Source: an uncultured virus (IMG/VR IMGVR_UViG_3300034071_002198) (Duplodnaviria > Heunggongvirae > Uroviricota > Caudoviricetes). From it: 20,000 bases of DNA. Position numbers and translations under genes: made by a program. The notes beneath the pieces were generated by a model that saw only the letters and a program-made list of their open reading frames with translations, searched no databases and was not told the origin of the DNA. Positions within the stretch are counted from its first letter, which is position 1. Each line of letters starts with the position of its first letter. Positions 15,585 to 20,000 of the stretch are shown here, piece by piece. The stretch spans positions 52,673 to 72,672 of the IMG/VR virus record IMGVR_UViG_3300034071_002198; one strand, given 5' to 3'.

Positions 15585-15794
15585 CTAACTTTTTAGTGAA
15601 TCAATCTCTTCTTGTAATTCTAGTAGAGACTTTGGATCTAAATCTGTTTGTAGTATTACACCTATTATATACCTAGTAACTATCTTAGACCTTTCTAGTA
15701 ATACGTGTTCTGGTTCTTTACAACTCGGTTCTGCAAATCTGTTTTCAATTATAAATCTAACTGCTTTTATTATCTCTGTTGCTTCTCTTTTCAT
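15585..15794 (-). CDS. hypothetical protein
   Basis: 69-aa ORF divergent from the 15810 gene. Confidence 0.6.
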   Translation of the reverse strand: MKREATEIIKAVRFIIENRFAEPSCKEPEHVLLERSKIVTRYIIGVILQTDLDPKSLLELQEEIDSLKS

Positions 15795-15809
15795 TGAATA
15801 TTTATTTGT

Positions 15810-16058
15810 ATGGTAAATAAATTTAAATATTATCTATTAAGATATTGGGTAAGCATATCTTTTCTTATTTTAGCTTTTTACTTTTATGAGCCTACGCAAT
15901 CTACAATTCACTGTTCACCGGATTCTATTCTACAAGATACAAAAGTAAAAACATTACTAGGTCTAAATGAAATGACTTTAATGTGGATCTTAATGGCTGT
16001 AGCTCATGGTGCTAACTCATGCTACTGCGATATCAAATCCCTATTAAAGAAAGGTTAG
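15810..16058 (+). CDS. 2-TM membrane protein, lone plus-strand gene
   Basis: Occupies a gap with no minus-strand ORF, has two hydrophobic segments and has ATATTTAT 4 nt upstream. Confidence 0.6.
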   Translation: MVNKFKYYLLRYWVSISFLILAFYFYEPTQSTIHCSPDSILQDTKVKTLLGLNEMTLMWILMAVAHGANSCYCDIKSLLKKG

Positions 16059-16528
16059 TCTTTTAGTCTATGTGTTACTGTAATGATATTTACTTGTGTT
16101 ACTGTATTTGATTCTTCTTTATCGTAGTTCACACAAATAGCAGATCTAATTACACCTTGAATATCAACAACTCTTTGATCATACATCTTCTCTGTAATTT
16201 TAGGTGACTCATCTTCAATACAACAAGGTCCACCACAATTTTTAAACCTAACTACTTTAGATATAGTGTATATGTTTCTAGTATTGGTTCTTGCTATTGC
16301 TTTCTGAATTATATCTATATGTTCTGGCAGATAAAAGTCAAAGCTATCTAAATAGCAAATCTGTTTTAAGTCATCATTTAATATAGATTGTATTGCTACG
16401 TCTATAGAGTCGGGCGTAGTTTCGTATACTTTGAAGTCCTTATTAGTTTGTTGTTCTAAAGAGTCTAAACATATTTGTAGATGTTCTGCTTCTCCGTCCT
16501 CATGCTTTATTAAAAGTACTGCAATCAT
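16055..16528 (-). CDS. short or divergent GT2-like glycosyltransferase
   Basis: HLQICLDSLEQQTNKDFKVY and ICYLDSFDFYLPEHI match GT2 N-terminal motifs, but the segment between them is short. Confidence 0.55.
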   Translation of the reverse strand: MIAVLLIKHEDGEAEHLQICLDSLEQQTNKDFKVYETTPDSIDVAIQSILNDDLKQICYLDSFDFYLPEHIDIIQKAIARTNTRNIYTISKVVRFKNCGGPCCIEDESPKITEKMYDQRVVDIQGVIRSAICVNYDKEESNTVTQVNIITVTHRLKD

Positions 16529-16617
16529 ATTTTGTTTTATTTAGTATTGATTCTGGCATATTTGTATTTATGGTATTTTTTAGGCCCTCTCGGAAAGTGC
16601 CCTACCCGCGGCCGCGC

Positions 16618-16848
16618 TTACTCATATCCTTCTACATTACGTAGTCCTGAGTATTCACATATGTTTGCTCCTGTTATTTGATACGCATCCCAAAGATTCT
16701 TCATTGCTTCATCTATAAGTTTTTTAATCTCATCATTAGAAGCCGGATGATCATAACAGTATTCATCTATATTACCCATGATAACGCTTAGTCTATCTGC
16801 TAATTCTAGATAGTGTCCTGAGTTGAATTCTTTATAATTTTTTTCCAT
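16618..16848 (-). CDS. hypothetical phage protein
   Basis: 76 aa with HYLELADRL, HP and LWDAYQITG. Confidence 0.72.
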   Translation of the reverse strand: MEKNYKEFNSGHYLELADRLSVIMGNIDEYCYDHPASNDEIKKLIDEAMKNLWDAYQITGANICEYSGLRNVEGYE

Positions 16849-16965
16849 TGGTGTTTAATTTCTTTTTGTTTTTATCTATTTGAATTTGTCTATACCATTT
16901 ACCCAACCAATTTGTGGCTTGATAGTTTTCCCAATACTTAATCTCTGTTTCTATCTTTTTCTTTT

Positions 16966-17346
16966 TTATCTTTTCCATAACCTTAATATCTTATTTCTTA
17001 GTGGAAAATACCATTCATATTTTAGAAAGATGTGTAATTTAAAATAATTATCTACATCTTGTCTCCATTGTTTTATATATCCCATTAGTTCTTGCATTTC
17101 AGTTTCAGAAGGTTTCTTTGCTTTGAACTCTTCTGTATCTGTCCAATAAAATAACCTTATGTCATCCCATATTTTACCCATACCTTTATTTTGAAGGTCT
17201 CCATATGAAATTATATAAGTAGGATAGTCATGGATCATAAACATTTGTTTCCTTTTTTCTTTTCTAGTAGGAAACTTTATTCCTGATCTATAATCTTCGT
17301 ACCAATAAGTATACCAACGACTGGATCCGAAACGACTATACGCCAT
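16966..17346 (-). CDS. hypothetical phage protein
   Basis: 126 aa starting MAYSRFGSSRWYTYW; AAAAGTTATG start. Confidence 0.78.
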   Translation of the reverse strand: MAYSRFGSSRWYTYWYEDYRSGIKFPTRKEKRKQMFMIHDYPTYIISYGDLQNKGMGKIWDDIRLFYWTDTEEFKAKKPSETEMQELMGYIKQWRQDVDNYFKLHIFLKYEWYFPLRNKILRLWKR

Positions 17347-17352
17347 AACTTT

Positions 17353-17517
17353 TTATTTTACAGTTAAATACATTTTTAACTTTGATAGTTTGTTTACTTC
17401 TTCTATTAATTTATTAATAGTTACTTTCCACTCTTGATATTCTACCTTCTTTCTTTTATCAGGCATATCAATAAACATTTCTTCTATACGATCTACTAGA
17501 TCAACTACATTAGGCAT
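17353..17517 (-). CDS. hypothetical protein (54 aa)
   Basis: Hand-translated as MPNVVDLVDRIEEMFIDMPDKRKKVEYQEWKVTINKLIEEVNKLSKLKMYLTVK. Confidence 0.65.
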   Translation of the reverse strand: MPNVVDLVDRIEEMFIDMPDKRKKVEYQEWKVTINKLIEEVNKLSKLKMYLTVK

Positions 17518-17683
17518 TAACTTGTTTTTTATTTGTTATAATCTCTTGACATGTTTCAAGTACATCTTTCCAATAAGATACGTGATTTGTTTCTATAGTG
17601 TCTTCTAATAAACTATTAACAACCTCAATACAATTCTCCCCATATCTTTCTACTAAAAAGTCTGCTCTTTCTTTTATAGTCAT
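17510..17683 (-). CDS. hypothetical protein (57 aa), paralog of 10732-10941
   Basis: Hand-translated as MTIKERADFLVERYGENCIEVVNSLLEDTIETNHVSYWKDVLETCQEI... Confidence 0.65.
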   Translation of the reverse strand: MTIKERADFLVERYGENCIEVVNSLLEDTIETNHVSYWKDVLETCQEIITNKKQVNA

Positions 17684-17688
17684 AAAAT

Positions 17689-18426
17689 TTATCTTACTGA
17701 TCCTACACTTAACTTACCTTCTTCGATTATTAGATATTGTCCTGAAGTTTCCATAGTGTCTATGAAGTAGTATCTACCACCTGTAAACTTATCGCTTTCG
17801 TCCAAATTTAATCTACGCATTTGAGTATGGCCTACAATTTGAATGTAGTCTTTCTTTAATCCTTTATTATGTTTCTTATTTGCAGACATTAATGATCTAG
17901 GCCTAATCCAAATTGGTGTTTGCGTTGTATTATCTCCATGAGCATCAAAGCCATTAAAGTCAAATGCTCTAGGTTTATATTTAAACAATTCATTTAGATC
18001 AACTACAACATTTTCTTTACTCCAATCATTTTCACCAAACACTTGATCCATAAATACAGGACTTACACCTGCATGAGTGAATAGATACTCACCAAAACCA
18101 TAAGCCATTTGTAAATGATGTCTATTCTCATCTACTACTTGCATAATAGAAGGCGCGATACCAGTTTGAAAGCCTGATGTACCTGTGTATCCTACTTCTG
18201 GGAAATAATGATGATCGTGATTACCAATCAACATTATAACCTCAACTTGTGGATTTGTTTCTTTATAGTGGAGGATTTCTTTAAAGTTATTAATCTGCTC
18301 TATTCCACTAAGTTCAAATGAGTCAAAGTAATCACCAATGAATATAACTCTATCAGGCTTTTCTTGATGAATAGCAAGTTTCCAATTAGATCTTCCGTGA
18401 GTGTCTCCTATTACAATAGTTTTCAT
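17689..18426 (-). CDS. calcineurin-like metallophosphoesterase
   Basis: GDTHG, GDYFD, GNHD, HAG and GHT motifs. Start MKTIVIG at 18426 gives an ATGA overlap with the upstream stop. Confidence 0.92.
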   Translation of the reverse strand: MKTIVIGDTHGRSNWKLAIHQEKPDRVIFIGDYFDSFELSGIEQINNFKEILHYKETNPQVEVIMLIGNHDHHYFPEVGYTGTSGFQTGIAPSIMQVVDENRHHLQMAYGFGEYLFTHAGVSPVFMDQVFGENDWSKENVVVDLNELFKYKPRAFDFNGFDAHGDNTTQTPIWIRPRSLMSANKKHNKGLKKDYIQIVGHTQMRRLNLDESDKFTGGRYYFIDTMETSGQYLIIEEGKLSVGSVR

Positions 18427-18770
18427 TTCCACAATATTTGTATCAAAATTATAACTAATGCAAGAAATAAACAAATTGAAGTCTTTAGTGAGATACCTTC
18501 TTTAAACAAAAACCAAGTAAGTGCAATAAAGACTACGACTCCAATCCCAAAACCTAATAGTCTTGAAGGCCAAGTCTCTCCATTAAATGCTATGATAAAA
18601 TTTTGAACACTCTTCATGAATGCCCAACTAATAGGAAGTCCGAGTAGCATAAGAGCCCAACTATATTTCTCAGTCCAACCCCACTTGATACCTCCTTGTA
18701 ATTGAATAAAAGATAAGACTTGTCCTATAACACCGTAAAGAACTCCGTAAACTAAATTTAACAAAACCAT
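18423..18770 (-). CDS. 4-TM membrane protein, SMR/DMT-like
   Basis: 115 aa with four hydrophobic helices; the WFLFKEGISLKT loop before the last helix is typical of DMT/SMR proteins. Confidence 0.6.
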   Translation of the reverse strand: MVLLNLVYGVLYGVIGQVLSFIQLQGGIKWGWTEKYSWALMLLGLPISWAFMKSVQNFIIAFNGETWPSRLLGFGIGVVVFIALTWFLFKEGISLKTSICLFLALVIILIQILWK

Positions 18771-18782
18771 TTTATTTCTTTT

Positions 18783-19061
18783 TTATTCCTCTTCTGTACT
18801 TAAATACAAGTTTGAGGAGTTGTTACCACCAATTTCAGCAATGGCATCTTTGTTAATTAATTCATGGATCTCTTTCTTGATCTCTTTATAAGCAGCAATA
18901 TATTCTTCAAGTTTCTTTTTATCATCAGGAGAAAGGTTAGATACTCTTTCTTTCATACTCCTATTACCTTTAACTGGAATAGTTTCCTCTTGAGGCATTG
19001 ATTCATCTTCCATTAATGATAAGATTGCTTTGCTATACTTAACTGGATCTACGTAATTCAT
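18783..19061 (-). CDS. acidic coiled-coil protein, possibly late/head-associated
   Basis: Start re-assigned to MNYVDPV (19061); ATATTTAT 13 nt upstream; LME and IAE motifs. Confidence 0.65.
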   Translation of the reverse strand: MNYVDPVKYSKAILSLMEDESMPQEETIPVKGNRSMKERVSNLSPDDKKKLEEYIAAYKEIKKEIHELINKDAIAEIGGNNSSNLYLSTEEE

Positions 19062-19071
19062 TTGATTCTTT

Positions 19072-19275
19072 TTAATAAATATTTGACATCTTAACAAGTT
19101 CTTTGGCAATCTTACTATCTTTAATAACATGAACTTCAAAGTCATTTTTAGATCCTGCTGCCACTATACCTGTGTATCTCTCGGCAGTTGAATGCTTTAC
19201 ACAAGAAGTAGAATATCCTAATGCTACACGTTTTGGGTGGATCTCAGTTCCACACACTTTACAATATTTTTTCAT
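19072..19275 (-). CDS. TraR/DksA-type zinc-finger protein
   Basis: CKVCGTEIHPKRVALGYSTSCVKH matches C-x2-CG-x-x-I-x-x-x-R...C-x2-C/H. Confidence 0.65.
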   Translation of the reverse strand: MKKYCKVCGTEIHPKRVALGYSTSCVKHSTAERYTGIVAAGSKNDFEVHVIKDSKIAKELVKMSNIY

Positions 19276-19541
19276 AACTCTTGAATTTGTTTTAATAATT
19301 CTGTAACTTCATCAGGTGTTAAATGTCCTCTAACGTCTCCATTGGCTACTGGATTGTCGTAATGTAGCTTTCCATTCTCATCTAATACAGCAAGCTCATA
19401 AAGGCCTTCTTTTCCTCCATAACTAAAGTTGTGTCTAACTATGCTGGCTCCGTATCCGTTGCCAAATTGAATTCTACACTGCACTCCATTATAGAATAGA
19501 TCTTTCATTTCTATAAATTCTAAGTCTTTAAATGTCTTCAT
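19272..19541 (-). CDS. conserved hypothetical phage protein
   Basis: FGNGYGASIVRH..SYGG..GLYELAVL and DVRGHLT.DEV. Confidence 0.8.
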   Translation of the reverse strand: MKTFKDLEFIEMKDLFYNGVQCRIQFGNGYGASIVRHNFSYGGKEGLYELAVLDENGKLHYDNPVANGDVRGHLTPDEVTELLKQIQEL

Positions 19542-19551
19542 GTTTTTATTT

Positions 19552-20000
19552 TTACCAACTTGATGAATAATAATAATCTCCGTCAGGATCTGATAAAGCC
19601 TCGTCTATTATTTTTACGGTTTCATGTAGATCATCAAAATAATATTCATCATATTCAGTACCACCAAAAAAACAACCACTAGTAGTAGGAAGTAGTTCAG
19701 GAGCTTTATTACCGTCTTCAATTACTTGAAGGCAAAGATCTTTAAGTTCTTGAAGTTTATTTGGAAATACAAAATACTCTCCACAATCATCATGTCCTTT
19801 TTGAATATTATCTACGAACCATTTATGAATAGCATTTGCTTTACGCCAATATCCTATTTCTTCAATTATATATTTAACGCGACTACTTTTAATTGTAGGA
19901 TGATCTTTGCCGCCTTTAGTAACAGAGACCTGATCTCTATACTCTTCTTTAAAAAAATCACCTTGAGATATATAAAGTTTTTTATACATGTACATGTCTA
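19552..20000 (-). CDS. conserved hypothetical phage protein (YWRKAN family), 5' truncated
   Basis: EIGYWRKANAIHKWFV and LLPTTSGCFFGGTEYDEYY. The frame continues past the window edge (..D-M-Y-M-Y). Confidence 0.8.
   Translation of the reverse strand, partial: DMYMYKKLYISQGDFFKEEYRDQVSVTKGGKDHPTIKSSRVKYIIEEIGYWRKANAIHKWFVDNIQKGHDDCGEYFVFPNKLQELKDLCLQVIEDGNKAPELLPTTSGCFFGGTEYDEYYFDDLHETVKIIDEALSDPDGDYYYSSSW

Noticed and set aside
324..18606. Opposite-strand ORFs from the track (e.g. 324-560, 829-1038, 2966-3160, 5457-5741, 6625-6810, 6828-7157, 7588-8043, 8818-9119, 9806-9994, 10410-10954, 11310-11522, 14925-15182, 15322-15588, 18364-18606)
   Set aside because: They are shadows of better-supported genes, with atypical composition and no recognisable motifs.
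1..20000. Alternative genetic code (TAG or TGA recoding)
   Set aside because: Recognisable genes are intact under code 11, and TAG (e.g. 7321, 8182) and TGA (e.g. 1271, 18423) act as normal stops.

Overview
AT-rich, densely coding 20-kb segment of a large tailed dsDNA phage (Caudoviricetes), standard genetic code. Host is most likely Bacteroidota (inferred from no Shine-Dalgarno sequences, A-rich starts such as AAAGGTTATG, and TAnnTTTG/TAnnTTTA -7 promoter boxes). Bases 1-3497 (+) hold the end of a late/structural block: the C-terminus of a Cys/Gly/Thr-rich fibre-like protein, three glycosyltransferases (one resembling plant GT96/GT95 protein O-glycosyltransferases), a small tail protein and a GIY-YIG nuclease. 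They converge on a terminator at ~3500. Bases 3546-20000 are almost all minus strand: acidic putative head-internal proteins with (L/V/I/M)-x-E motifs, T5orf172, DUF932/DUF945, DUF6165, an HTH protein, a metallophosphoesterase, an SMR/DMT-like protein, a TraR/DksA-like zinc finger and many small hypothetical genes. The most notable signals are non-coding. (i) Three copies of a ~165-bp early-promoter cassette share an identical 18-bp core and carry arrays of a 25-bp dyad (TAA-N4-TTG-N5-CAA-N4-TTA). (ii) Four genes share the start region AATCAATAATGA, and its exact antisense lies just before the terminator of the HTH gene, suggesting a 3'-UTR sRNA that silences this regulon. (iii) A ~220-nt imperfect GC-rich hairpin folds back over the 3' end of the DUF932 gene. 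(iv) A tRNA-like element has acceptor and T arms but aberrant D and anticodon regions. All family calls come from motif recognition, not database searches.
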